NCBI RefSeq assembly: GCF_006345805.1
Contig: NC_043020.1
Location: 18,352,001-18,416,000 of the forward strand
Reading direction: 5' to 3'
Length of the DNA stretch: 64,000 nucleotides
Origin: Octopus sinensis
Taxonomy: Eukaryota
Part shown: positions 1 through 13,915 of the stretch, piece by piece
How positions within the stretch are numbered: the first letter of the stretch is position 1
How the letters are laid out: each line of letters opens with the position of its first letter
Program-made: the position numbers and the translations under genes
The notes under the pieces: generated by a model
What the model saw: the letters and a program-made list of their open reading frames with translations, nothing else
Databases searched by the model: none
What the model was told of the DNA's origin: nothing

Positions 1-599
1 AATATTTATTATATATATATGTGTATGTATGTATGTGTGTGTATATGTTTGTGTGTCTGTGTTTGGTGTGTTTACATCCCTGTAACTTAGCAGTTCAGCA
101 AAAGAGACTGATAGAATAGGTACTAGGCTTACAAAGAATAAGTCCTGGGGTCGATTTGCTCGACTAAAGGCAGTGCTCCAGCATGACCACAGTCAAATGA
201 CTGAAACAAGTAAAAGAGTGAAAGAATATATATATATATATATATATTTATGTATGTATGTATGTATGTATGTATGCATGTATGCATGTATGCATGTATG
301 TATGTGTGTATGTATGTATGTATGTATGTGTGTATGTATGTATGTATGTATGTATGTATGTATGTGTGTCTTTGTGTTTGTATTTGTCCTTCACCACTGC
401 TTGATAATTGGTGTTGGTGCATTTATGTCCCTGTGACTTAGCAGTTCAGCAAAAGAGACCAATGGCTTAAAGTCCTGGGGTCGATTTGTTTGACTAAAAA
501 TTTTTCAAGGCAGTGCCCCAGCATGGCCGCAGTTAAATGACTGAAATAAGTAAAAGGTAAAAACAAAAATATAAATGGTAGTAGTTAGTATTAGCAATA

Positions 600-2363
600 G
601 TAATGCTTAGGGTGGTGGTGGTGGTGATTGCGATGGTGGTGGTGGTGGCCATTCTGATTATGGGTGAATGTAAGGAAGTGGTTGTAGCAGTAAGAGTGAT
701 AGTAAGAGGTTATTTGCTGAGGTGGTGATTGTCATTGTTGTTGTTGCTTAGCCCTGGGTCATCTCTAATTGAGCAGTCCTATGATCAAAGGCATTCCAAT
801 TGGAAGGGAGGAGGCTGTTTGTGGTAAGGGTGATTAAAGACGGATTTAGTTGCTACTTCTTACAAATCAAGCTATCAAGTATGGAACCGTTCCACATTGG
901 CTGGTGGCAGAGGTGGTGACATTAGAGAGTAGCATTGGTAATGACTGTGGTAGTGGTGGTGGTGGTAGTTGTGGTGATGGTGGTGGTGGTAGTGGTGGTT
1001 ATGGTTGTGGTGGTGGTGTTGGTGAATGTTGTGATGGTGGTTGATATGATGGTGGTGGTTGTGGTGGTGGTGGATGTGTTGGTGGTGATGGTTGTGATTG
1101 TGGTGATGGTTGTGGTGGTTGTGGTGGTGGTGGTGGTGGATGTTGTGGTGGTGGTGGTGGTGGTCATGGTGATGGTGGTGGGAGGTTCTAACAATGGCGG
1201 TGGTAGTGGTAGTGGTAGTAGTAGTGGTGATGATTGTAGTTGTGGTGGTGGTGGTGGTTGTGGTGGTTGTGGTGCTTGTAGTGGTTATGGTGGTAGTAGT
1301 GGTCGTTGTGGTGGAGGTCATGGTGCGAAGAGATAATGACAGTGTTGGTAATGCAGAGATGTAGTGACAATGGTGTCATTAATGTGGTGATGGTGTGGTG
1401 AGGTAGTGGCCATGGTGGGGGTGGTAATGGTGGGCTGGGGTAATGGTGGGGGTGGTAATGGTAAGGGAATGGGGGTGGAAAGGCAAAAGATAAAAGATAC
1501 ATTGTAGCAGTGGGGGTAGTGGTGGTGGTGGTGGTAGTGATGGTGGTGATAACGATGCTGGAGGTAGTGATGGTTGTGGTGGTGATGGTTGTTGTAGTAG
1601 TGGTCGTAGTGGTAGTGGTGATGGTGGTAGTGGTGGTTTTGGTGGTGATGGCTGTGGTGGTGATGGTTGTAGTGGTAATTGTAGTGGTGGATGTGGTGGT
1701 GGTTGTGGTAGCCGTGATTGTGGTGGTCATGGTGATGGTGGTGGGAGATTCTAACAATGGCGGTGGTAGTGGTGGTGGTAGCTGTAGTGGTAGTGGTAGT
1801 AGTAGTGGTGATGGTTGTGGTGGTGGTGATGGTGGTTGTGGTGCTTGTGGTGGTTATGGTGGTGGTGGTAGTGGTTGCGGTGGTAGTGATGATGGTGGGG
1901 GTAATGATGGTTGTGCTGGTGATTGTGGTGTGGGGTGGTTATGTCAGTGTGGCAATGGTAGTGGTGGTGGTGGTGATATAGAGTGATGGTAACAATGATG
2001 GTGGTAAAGGTGGTGTAGACAAGGAGTTAGTATCAGCAGTGGTGCGGAGAAGTGTAAACATTAGCATGGTGGTGATAATGGTCAGGGAGTGTGGAGAAAT
2101 AGTAACATGGGCAACAGTATAGTGGTGGTGAGGAAGGATAATAATAGTAGTGATCGTAGTATAAAATGGTAGTTAATAGTGGTGGCGGTGGTAGTAGTAG
2201 CAGCAGCTACAGTTGAAGTTGTGGTATAAAGGTTGTAGGGAGGGAAGTAGGGGGTGGGCACAGTTGTAGTGATGGTAATGATGATGATGGTGGTGGTGGT
2301 GGTGATGAAAACAATGATGATGATGATGATAATGGCGATGATAATTGACGATGATGAAGCTGG

Positions 2364-2394
<31 letters not shown>

Positions 2395-2557
2395 GGTGGC
2401 CGTGGTGGTGGTGGCCATGGTGGTATTGCAGCAGACGTGACAATGATGATAATGATGATAGTGATGGTGGTGCTGTGGTGATGGTGGTGGTGGTGGTGAT
2501 GCTGACAACAACGACGATAATGACGAAGATGGTGGTGGTGGTGGTGATGGTGATGAC

Positions 2558-2595
<38 letters not shown>

Positions 2596-2802
2596 CGATG
2601 ATAATGATGATGGTGATGATGATGATGATGATGATGGCTGTAGTGGTGGTGGTGGCGGTGGTGGCGGCAGCAGAGATGTGGCAATGATAATAACGAGAGT
2701 GATAATAATGATGGTGATGATGATCATGAGGACAATGACGCCAAAATTGACAGCGTTTAAAACAAGGATGCTGTGGAAGATGATGTTCGTATTAGCGACA
2801 AC

Positions 2803-2845
<43 letters not shown>

Positions 2846-2846
2846 C

Positions 2847-2878
<32 letters not shown>

Positions 2879-2879
2879 C

Positions 2880-2920
<41 letters not shown>

Positions 2921-2990
2921 CTGATGATGATGATGCTGATGATGATGATGATGATGATGATGATGCTGATGATGATGATGATGATGATGC

Positions 2991-3037
<47 letters not shown>

Positions 3038-3071
3038 CTGATGATGATGATGATGATGATGCTGATGATGC

Positions 3072-3136
<65 letters not shown>

Positions 3137-3137
3137 C

Positions 3138-3213
<76 letters not shown>

Positions 3214-3350
3214 GATGATGGCGATAATGATGCTGGCGTCAGTGATGCTGGCTGTGATAGTAATTGTGGTGTTGTTGCCTGCAGTGGTGTCACTGGCAAC
3301 GCAAGTGGAGGTGGCGGTGATGACAGTGTGATGGCATTGACAACACCGAT
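600..3350. repeat. Degenerate (GGT/GAT/AGT)n trinucleotide low-complexity block, including a ~420-bp (GAT)n with GCT/GGT interruptions at 2803-3220
   Basis: Direct reading; gives poly-V/G/M/D/T/H ORFs in all frames. Confidence 0.9.
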
Positions 3351-3429
3351 AAAGATGAAGATGCCATTCCATTGGAAATACTTCGATCAATAAATTATAA
3401 AAAGAAAATATTCTACAAAAAAAAAAATA

Positions 3430-3650
3430 ACCACACACACACATGCACAAACACACATGCACAGACACATACATACATACACGAATACACACATGCAGAC
3501 ACATATACTCACACACATACATAAACTCACACAAGTGCTTAGGCGCATACACGTATAGACTGAGAGCACACGTCTCACACATGCACACACATATATACAA
3601 ACACACACACATACATACAAACGCACATATATGCGCAAATACAAACTGAT

Positions 3651-3682
<32 letters not shown>

Positions 3683-3854
3683 ACACAAACACACACAAAT
3701 ACAAGCTGTTATACACACACACATATGCACATACACAAATGCAAGCAGATACACACACATACACTCAAAAACAAGCAGATACATACACACACATGTACAC
3801 AGACACACACACAAGCAGATATACACATACATGTTGTAACCACATATCACACTA

Positions 3855-3895
<41 letters not shown>

Positions 3896-4107
3896 CACAC
3901 ACACGCACACCTTATGCACCTTCATACTACACATACACGCACATACAGAGATACACATGAAGACTGCAAAACCACAGTTACACAGAGATCACACACCTCA
4001 TATATATATCTATATCTGTCTATCTATCTATCCATCTATCTATCTATCTGTCTATCATATCTGTATATATCTATCTATCTATCTATCTATCTATCTGTCT
4101 ATCTATC

Positions 4108-4141
<34 letters not shown>

Positions 4142-4242
4142 CATCCATCCATCCATCCATCCATCCATTCGTCTATCTATCATCGTCTGTCTGTCTGTCT
4201 GTCTGTCTATCTATATCATCTATCTATCTATCTATCTATCTA

Positions 4243-4280
<38 letters not shown>

Positions 4281-4358
4281 GTCTGTCTGTCTCTCTATCC
4301 TCTATCTATCTATCTATCTATCTATCTCTCATCTCTTTATCTATCTATCTATTATCTA

Positions 4359-4426
<68 letters not shown>

Positions 4427-4483
4427 GTATATATATATGTCTGTATACACTCACACATATGCACATATTAACTCACAAACATG

Positions 4484-4515
<32 letters not shown>

Positions 4516-5389
4516 CACACACACACACAGAAGCAAATATATATAGAGGTCACATACAGATGTATGCAAACATATACATACACATACACATACATACACA
4601 CACACAAATTAAATATACACATTAAAAGCACATATGTATAGAATCCTTGCATCTCACATACACATACATATATCACATACACCCACACCCATATATGCAT
4701 GCATGTGCAGAGACCATACGCTTCACATACATGCAGATACACGCAAATAAACTCACCTTTTGCATGCAAACACACACACATACACACACACACACACACA
4801 CACATACATACACACACGTACATGCGCTCCCACAGGCAAACACACACATCACATATATTCATATACACATGCACAAAGAACAGACTTATATACACACACA
4901 TACATAGAAACATACACACATACACGCACTCTTACATACCCTGAGAATACTACGTGGAGAATCAGACCCACACATGCATTTATGTGCATACATACATATA
5001 TACACATGCACTCATGCACATTTATACGCACACACAAACACATAGACACACGCATATAAACAAAACATATAAACACGCACTACAGACATCAGGCATATGC
5101 ATTCACATATGCACACAGATACCCACATTGATACACAAAGCACACACTTGAAACATATGTTTACACATATACATAAAACACATACACACATGCACATCAT
5201 ATATATATATACATACATACATACATATGTACACACACACATATATAAATATGCATATACATACATACATACATACATACATGCATACATACATACATAC
5301 ATACATATATATATACACATATAAGCATCTGTATATATTTGATTATATAAATGTGTATATATTGTATATGTGTGTGTATATAATATATA

Positions 5390-5456
<67 letters not shown>

Positions 5457-5568
5457 CACGTGATCACGTGACCGACAAGACCATCAGATGTTGTTACACA
5501 TCGCTGGTCACAATGCGTTCGGATTGTTTTAGCCTTCGAATGACACCACCCGCTGGCTAAGCGAGCAG

Positions 5569-5625
<57 letters not shown>

Positions 5626-5707
5626 CAACACATGCATATGTATATATATATATATACATGCATATGTATATATATATGTGTGTGTGTACATATGTATATT
5701 ATATATG

Positions 5708-5761
<54 letters not shown>

Positions 5762-6125
5762 ACATATATATATACATATACATACATGCTTAGTAAAATA
5801 CGCATGCATCTGCACACGCACACATGCAGACAAACACATAATGAAACACACTCATACACAGAGTAGCACAGACACACACCTCACACACATACACATAACA
5901 TGTGCACAGTAAAACACACTCATAGGCACACAGATGTGCAGAAACGCATACATACACAAACACAGGCCACCCACCTCAGACATACGCACACACTGAGAAA
6001 CATGCATACACATGCACTCGTGTGCACACATGCACACACACACACACATACATACATACACAAACACACACACATACACACATACACACACACAGACACA
6101 CACACACACATATACACACACACAG
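3430..6125. repeat. Compound microsatellite field (CA, TACA, TATC, TCTG, TA)
   Basis: Direct reading. Confidence 0.9.
5456..5571. repeat. ~115-bp GC-rich module embedded in a (TA)n tract
   Basis: Abrupt non-repetitive island inside (TA)n; begins with the perfect palindrome TCACGTGATCACGTGA. Confidence 0.6.
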
Positions 6126-6584
6126 GGAAAAAATTGTAGAATTAGACAATAATTTCCCTCCGCTCTTTCAATATTCCTTGTCAACATTGTCGGCTTTGGA
6201 AGACCATTTATTTGATGTTGTTCTTTAGTTAATTTTTAGTTGTTTTATTTTCTTCCAAAAAATTTTTTTAAAAAACGGGAAAGCACAGGAAAAAAAATTA
6301 ATTAAAAAATTATGTTAAAAAAATTTAACAAAACATAATCAAAATATAATAATAAAATGTCATTATAGTCTGGAAATAATTAGTCAGTTTGGGTTGTTTT
6401 TTCTTTAAATTTCCCCTGTATTTTTTTTGCTGCTACCACAACTACCAGCCGTCTTTAAACACACTCCCATAATGCTATTTATGATTTGGGGACTCGTTAA
6501 AAATAAACGAACAAACAAGAAAATGAAAACCATTCTGTATTTATTTTAACATATAAGTTTGTTTTTACCCTCCCCAGAGTGCCG

Positions 6585-6799
6585 ACATCATCATCATCTT
6601 TGTTACCACAGCATCCTTATCGTTGTCGTCATCATCGTCATCGTCATCGTCGTCGTCCTCTTCCTCTTCCTCATCATCATCATTGTCATTATGAAAGTCA
6701 TCATCATTGCACTCCTCCTTTTCCTCCACCTCATTATCATAATCCTCCTCCTTCTCCTCTTCTTCATCATCGTCATCGTCATCAGCGTCGTTGTCGTCG

Positions 6800-6836
<37 letters not shown>

Positions 6837-6994
6837 TGTCATTGCCCTGCTCTTCCTCTTCTTCTTCCTACACCTCTCCTCCCTTCCTTTTCCTCTCCTT
6901 CCTTCTCCTCCTCTCCTTCCTCCTCCCCATTATCATCATTGTTGCCATCATCACCACCATTACCACCATAATCATCAAAAGCAACAATAATACA

Positions 6995-7026
<32 letters not shown>

Positions 7027-7049
7027 CATCATCATCATCATCGTCATCG

Positions 7050-7093
<44 letters not shown>

Positions 7094-7640
7094 GTCATCA
7101 TCATCATCATCATCATCACCGCCACCATCATCATTGTCATCGTCATCACCATCATTATTGTTGTCATCATTATCATCATCGTCATCATCAGCATCATCAC
7201 CATTTACCACCATTATCACCACCACCTACAACACCACACCACAACCAACATCACCAAAATCATCGTCTGTATCCTTTTCTTCCTCCTCCTTCTCATCATC
7301 ATTTTGATTATCATCAGCACCACCATTATGATCATGATGTTGATGATGATGATGATCATCATCATCATAAGTGCATCATCACCACACCCATTACACAGCA
7401 CTATGATTGCTGGAAGCCTCTGCATGGTTAAATGACCTGCTAAACAAAGCAGCCAAATTTTCGTCAAAATCCACACCCTACTCAATGTGGATTTCTTCAA
7501 ACAGGACTAAACTAAAGCTAAACAGTATCAGCAACATCAACAACAAAAAAATGTCATCATCGCAACATCCTTGTCGCCAATGCCACCACCAACTCCATCA
7601 CCAGCACCACCAGCACCATTGTTGTTATTATCATCATCAC
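6585..7640. repeat. Degenerate (CAT/CCT/CAC)n low-complexity block
   Basis: Direct reading; opposite strand polarity to the 600-3350 block. Confidence 0.88.
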
Positions 7641-8747
7641 TTTAACATCTGTTTCTCCATCCTGGTTCAGTCTGGGTAGGTCTATTGTACAGCATATTTC
7701 CTTCTGCTCTGAAATTTGTGTGTCATCTCATCTCATCTGCTGGCCCCAAAATCCCCAGATCCATTCAGACCCAATCCAATGTTCCCATATTTTTTCCATA
7801 TTTTTACCTCCATCGCAACTAACTACAACTGTCAGCAAACACTGCTTGTGTTATCCTTTCATGTCACATGTCCATATCTTCACACTCGTCTCTCCTGGTT
7901 TCATTGGTTGATGTTGTTTAAATGCACAGCTACTTTCTCATCTCCCTCTCCTGCTCCACCATTCTGATTTCACAGGGAAATTAAAATCAGATGTTCAAAA
8001 TGAAACACTTGGCTCACTTCTCTCTAGCCTTGGCTGATCTTCCATATTCAATATTTATGATATTCCTACCGTGTAAGGTGGCAAGCTGGCAGAATCGTTA
8101 GTACTCCAGGCAAAATGCTTAGTGGCATTTCATCCGTCTTTGTCTTCTGAGTTCAAATTCCACCGAGGGTGACTTTTAGGGTTGATAAAATAAGTACCAG
8201 TTGTGTAATGGAGGTTGATGTAATCAACTTACCCTCTCCCCTGAACGTGCTGACCTTGTGTCAAAATTTGAAACCAACATTATTATCAGGAAGCATCAAA
8301 CTTGTTATGCATAAGGGTGACACTTGAGTATATATAACAGAGTTCACACTCTCATAAATATTGAAGCCATGCTGTCATCTCTCTCTTTCTTTTTCTCTCT
8401 CTCATCTTGTCACTTTCTCAGACTTGTTACTTTGAGTGAACAAACACATCATAGAAGAAGTGAGGACTCACTAGAGTTATGAAATACAGGGCAACCTCAC
8501 TAGTGCTGGTGCTGTGATAAAAGCATCCAATACTCTCAGTAAATTGGATGACGGATAAGCAGAGGCAAGGTAGAGTTAATAGAGCCGTTTAGTATTTTTG
8601 TCAAAGACATAATAATCTCTGTCTAGTGCTGGTGCCATGGCAAAATGCATTTGGTACACTTTGTGGAATGGTTGGTGATAGGAAAAGCATCCAGCCATAG
8701 ATCTTAAGCCAAAAATAAAACATACAAGTGCACATGTGTGTGTGTGT

Positions 8748-8794
<47 letters not shown>

Positions 8795-8948
8795 TAATAA
8801 TAATAATATAATAATAATAATAATAATATAATAATAATATAATATATAATAATAATAATGATAATAATAAATAATATATAATAATATATAGGGAGTATAA
8901 CTACAACTTACAGGAAAAATTCAATTTAGTATTAAATCAAATTTCACA

Positions 8949-9266
8949 ATATAAATATATAATATATATAACTTAGAGAAAAACCACTATTATGTAATTC
9001 AAACAATGATAGACATAAACCAAATCATAAATAAAAATAAAATATATTTTTAAAAATATATATCTAGATCACAAAAAGTACAAAAATGAATAAACAATAT
9101 ATAATAATTACTTATTACTTATTATATATTGTTTATTCATTTTTGTACTTTTTGTGATCTAGATATATATTTTATAATATATTTTATTGTTTATTTATGA
9201 TTTGGTTTATGTCTATCATTATTTGAATTGCATAATAGTGTTTTTCTCTAAGTCATATATATTATA

Positions 9267-9275
<9 letters not shown>
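8949..9275. repeat. Long inverted repeat, ~160-bp arms, 11-nt loop
   Basis: tctagatcacaaaaagtacaaaaatgaataaacaatatataataa (left) is the exact reverse complement of ttattatatattgtttattcatttttgtactttttgtgatctaga (right). Pairing extends with few mismatches. Confidence 0.9.
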
Positions 9276-9322
<47 letters not shown>

Positions 9323-10782
9323 TGGAGGGTAGAATAGGAGTACATGTGTCCCCTGTGTATGTATATATATATTTCACTTGTTTCAGTCATTTGGCAGTGG
9401 CCATGCTGGGGTACTTCTTTGAAGAATTTTTAGTTGACTGAGTTGACCCCAGAGCTTATTTTATTTAAAGCATGGTACTTATCCTATTGGTCTTTTTGCT
9501 GAACAGCTAAATTATGGAGATGTAAACACACCAACACCAGTTGTCACATGGTGGTGGGGACAAACACAGCACAAAGACACACATACACACACACATACAT
9601 ACATACATACATACACACATACATACATACATACATACATACATACATACATACATACTTCTTTCAGTTTCCGTCTACCAAATTCACTCACAAGGCTTTA
9701 GTCAGCCCAAGGCTATAGTGGAAGACACTTGCCCAAGGTGCCACACGGTGAAACTGAACTCAGATCCATGTAGTTGGGAAGTAAGCATCTTACCACACAG
9801 CCATGTATATTAATATATATATAAGACAAGATATAAATAATGGTCATTACATATTTTTCCTTTATAAGAGTAAATTTGGCTTACAGCTGTTTCAAAGTGT
9901 ACAGTATTATATATCATTACTGACGATCTTACCAATTGGTTTTGCATTAGGAATTCAATGTAGTTTTAAATAACAGCCTGATTATATAACTCTGCTGCCA
10001 TCTCTGAAGAGTGCAGTGTTTCATAATAAGGCTGTTGTCTAACACTCTGAAATTGACGGGTATACACATACTGATACATCACGATTTTTTCAAAATTTCA
10101 ATTTTCATTTTGTAGATATATGGGATGGGCCAAAAGTCCCACACCTAAACATTTGACATTATATTTATCTTACATTATTATTATCATTAATGTGAGGGAT
10201 TTCTTAGCTTAATGAGACAGAGCACTCAGCTGGAATTTGAGAATGACAGGGTTCAATTCTCTGCAGTGGTTCGCTGGCAACTTTTTAAAAAGGCTGCAAG
10301 CAGGCAGAATTGTTCGTATGCCAGACCAAATAATTAGCAGCATTTTATCTGTCTCTACATTCCAAGTTCAAATTATGCTAAGGTTGACTTTGCCTTCCAT
10401 CCTTTCGGGTTCGATAAGATAAGTACCAGGCGAGCATTGGGGATTGATGTAATTGACTAGCACCCTCACCTAAAATTTCAGGCCTTGTGCCTAAAGCAGA
10501 AAGGATTATTATTATTATTCATTTTGTTCATCATGTACAGGTATGTGTGTATTCAGCATTATTCTATTCGTTTTATTCCATTAAAAAAAAAAAAAAAAAA
10601 TTGAAGCATGTCTTTGACAATTCTGGAGCATATTGAACTTATTTTGTGTGTAACATTTGGTCTACCCTGTAAGAATGATGTATGTCAGCATGTGTGTCTG
10701 TATGCTTACCATTTTCTTTTTCACTTTAAACTCTGATTAATCTACTCTACTCCACTTGTAAGGTATTTCTAGAAAAATACTC

Positions 10783-11172
10783 AGGAGTGGCTGTGTGGTA
10801 AGTAGCTTGCTTACCAACCACATAGTTCCGGGTTCAGTCTCACTGTGTGGCACCTTGGGCAAGTGTCATCTACTATAGACTCAGGCCTACCAAAGCCTTG
10901 TGAGTGGATTTGGTTGACAAAAACTGAAAGAAGCCCATCGTATATATGTATGTGTGTGTGTGTGTGTGTGTGTTTGTGTGTCTCTGTTTGTCCCCAACAT
11001 CGCTTGACAACTGATGGTGGTGTGTTTACGTCCCCCGTAACTTAGTGGTTTGGCAAAAGAGACCAATAGAATAAGTACTAGGCTTACAAAGAATAAGTCC
11101 TGGGGTCGATTTCCTCAACTAAAGGCCGTGCTCCAGCATGGTCACAGCCAAATAACTGAAACAAGTAAAAAG
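10783..11172 (+). mobile_element. tRNA-headed SINE family A, near full length (dominant repeat, >20 copies)
   Basis: Head ggagtggctgtgtggtaagtagcttgcttaccaaccacat.gttccgggttcagtc with A/B boxes, internal (TA/TG)n, tail ctccagcatggcc.cagtcaaatgactgaaacaagtaaaa. Other copies include 1-220, 370-560, 9330-9800, 12890-13220, 13600-14080, 24830-25010, 26120-26910, 31375-31565, 34790-35020 and 51390-51455. Confidence 0.85.
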
Positions 11173-12049
11173 AAAAAAAAAAGAAAAAATACTCATTTTT
11201 CTGAAAGTTATGAGGAAACAAAGTCAGCTTGTGTGGATTAGCTGGAAATTTCTTACCCTCCTCTGAAAAAAAAAATGTTTTTCACATTAAATTCCATTTA
11301 AATAATAATGAAATTATTGTATACAGTGCTCAGGTGCACCACAACTTGTCAGAAAGTGCATATAAAGTACATGCAGTAATGTAGAAATGTCTGGAAAGTG
11401 AACAATGTATGAGTCAGATACATGCAGTGGTTTGCTGGCAACTTTTTAAAAAGGCTGCAAGCAGGCAGAATTGTTCGTATGCCAGACCAAATAATTAGCA
11501 GCATTTTATCTGTCTCTACATTCTAAGTTCAAATTATGCTAAGGTTGACTTTGCCTTCCATCCTTTCGGGTTCGATAAGATAAGTACCAGTCGAGCATTA
11601 GGGATTGCTGTAATTGACTAGCACCTTCACCTAAAATTTCAGGCCTTGTGCCTAAAGCAGAAAGGATTATTATTATTATTCATTTAATTGTAATCTACAC
11701 AACCTGCAAGGTATTTGTGGAAAACTTCATTAAAAAATATCCATTTTTCTGAAATCTGAGGAAACATAATCAGAGAGGCACACTTTTAGCCATCTAGAAC
11801 ACAAATTCACTTTTTCCTTATCTCATGAGGTATCAAAATTTTTATTGTACAGCTGTGACCTGGACACAGACAACAATCTTACTAGTGATCTGTTGTCAAT
11901 GACAACAATCTTCATAGCAACCAGGTCAACGTGGTACAATGAAAATTTTGAGTCTTCACCAAATAAATGAGTTTAGCATTTTTCTGGTGATTCTTGATTG
12001 CAAATAGCTCTTCTGTTATATAATTGCTCAATTAATTTTATTATTCTTT

Positions 12050-12815
12050 TCTTTTACTTTCAGTCATTTGACTGTGGCCATGCTGGAGCACCGCCTTTAG
12101 TCGAGCAAATCGACCCCAGGACTTATTCTTTGTAAGCCTAGTACTATTCTATTGGTGGAGGCGCAATGGCCCAGTGGTTAGGGCAGCGAACTCGCAGTCA
12201 TAGGATCGCGGTTTCGATTCCCAGACCGGACGTTGTGAGTGTTTATTGAGCGAAAACACCTAAAAAGCTCCACAAGGCTCCGGCAGGGGATGGTGGTGAT
12301 CTCTGCTGTACTCTTTCACCACAACTTTCTCTCACTCTTACTTCCTGTTTCTGTTGTACCTGTATTTCAAGGGGCCGGCCTTGTCACTCTCTGTGTCACG
12401 CTGAATATCCCCGAGAACTATGTTAAGGGTGAACGTGTCTGTGGAGTGCTCAGCCACTTACACGTTAATTTCACGAGCAGGCTGTTCCGTTGATTCGGAT
12501 CAACTGGAACCTTCATCGTCGTAACCGACGGAGTGCTTCCATCCACTATTCTATCAGTCTCTTTAGCCGAACCGCTAAGATGACATAAACACACCAGCAT
12601 CAGTTGTCAAGCGATGATGGGGGGGGGGGGACAAACATACATATATATATATATATACATGCGACAAGCTTCTTTCAGTTTCCGTCTACCAAATCCACTC
12701 GCAAGGCTTTGGTTGGTCTGAGGCTATAGTAGAAGACACTTGCCCAAGGTGCCACACAGTGGGACTGAACCCGGAACCATGTGGTTGGTAAGCAAGCTAC
12801 TTACCACACAGCCAC
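12050..12815 (-). mobile_element. SINE family A interrupted by a family B SINE
   Basis: The family A tail at 12050-12156 and body/head at 12545-12815 are continuous once the insert is removed. Confidence 0.82.
12157..12544 (+). mobile_element. tRNA-headed SINE family B with ~14-bp TSD
   Basis: Head ggaggcgcaatggcccagtggttagggcagcg...ggtttcgattcccagacc (A and B boxes). TSD actattctattggt (12143-12156) / actattctatcagt (12545-12558). Confidence 0.85.
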
Positions 12816-13884
12816 TACAACGCCTCTATTAATAGACTAAAATATATCGATCTGTTATCGTTTACTTCTTTCAGTTGAAGAGTTTTAGAAAAATGAATCC
12901 TCCCCAATACCTATTTTTTTGTTTTAAAGCTTGATACTTATTCTCTCGGATCTCTTTTGCCGAACCACTAAGTTATTGGGGACGTAAACAAACCAGCATG
13001 GTCAAGCGGTAGTGGGGAACAAACATAAAGCTATACACACATGCATGCACACATACACACACACACACGACGGGCTTCTTTTAGTTTTCATCTGCCATAA
13101 ACACTCACAAAGTTTTAATTGGCCCAGGATTATTATAGAATCCTCTTGTCCATTGCAGTAAGATTGAACCCAGAACCATGTTGTTGGAAAGCAAACGTCT
13201 TTCCATACGGCCATGTCTGCACCTTTTAAACTTCTTTTTTGCTTATGGAAACACAAAGGGTACCAAAATATTTTCGCTTGTTGTAAAGAACATGGTAAGA
13301 GCAGAAATTTGGAAACCCATTGAATATAGAGCTATTTAGGGTGATCCTGCTTCATATTACAACCATAAGCTCAATAGAAAATATAAACAGAAGCCAGAAA
13401 TGACAGAATACAATACAAAGCTGAATGTCATTGTGTTTTCTATAGAAACAAACAGTTACGCTCTGAGTATGTATATCTAATCAGGACGTTATTAATATAA
13501 CAAGGACAGTATTGTTTGATTTAATTTTAGCAGCGATTCCCCTGGATTCTTTATGAAAAAATGTTACGTTGAGGATTCTTGTTTTGTTGTCCATACTCTT
13601 TTACTCTTTTACTTGTGTCAGTCATTTGACTGCGGCCATGCTGGAGCACCGCCTTTAGTCGAGCAAATCGACCCCCAGGACTTATTCTTTGTAAGCCTAG
13701 TACTTATTCTATCGGTCTCTTTTTGCCGAACCGCTAAGTTACGGGGATGTAAACACACCAGCATCCGTTGTCAAGCAATGTTGGGGGGACAAACACAGAC
13801 ACAAACTTATACACTATACACACAACACCATACATACATACATACATACATAACTTATATTATAATATATATATTATATATATC

Positions 13885-13915
<31 letters not shown>

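Noticed and set aside
6558-6580. Strong-looking splice acceptors flanking the low-complexity blocks (plus strand ~6577; minus strand ~3412)
   Set aside because: The downstream sequence is pure low-complexity, with no donor or protein similarity.
129-7500. Dozens of long ORFs (poly-[19 protein letters not shown]), including the 507-aa ORF 2173..3696(-) and Gly/Cys-rich frames
   Set aside because: They are translations of micro/minisatellites, open in several frames at once, with single-codon usage and no domain.
9915-9965. CTGACGA + tctta/tagga stem as another hammerhead
   Set aside because: The GAAA box and stem III are missing in this copy; at most a dead remnant within a dispersed repeat (~9860-10130).
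12157-12230. tRNA-like sequences (also 24253, 25707, 62042 and family A/C heads)
   Set aside because: A/B boxes are present but there is no complete cloverleaf or acceptor stem, and each continues into a repeated SINE body.
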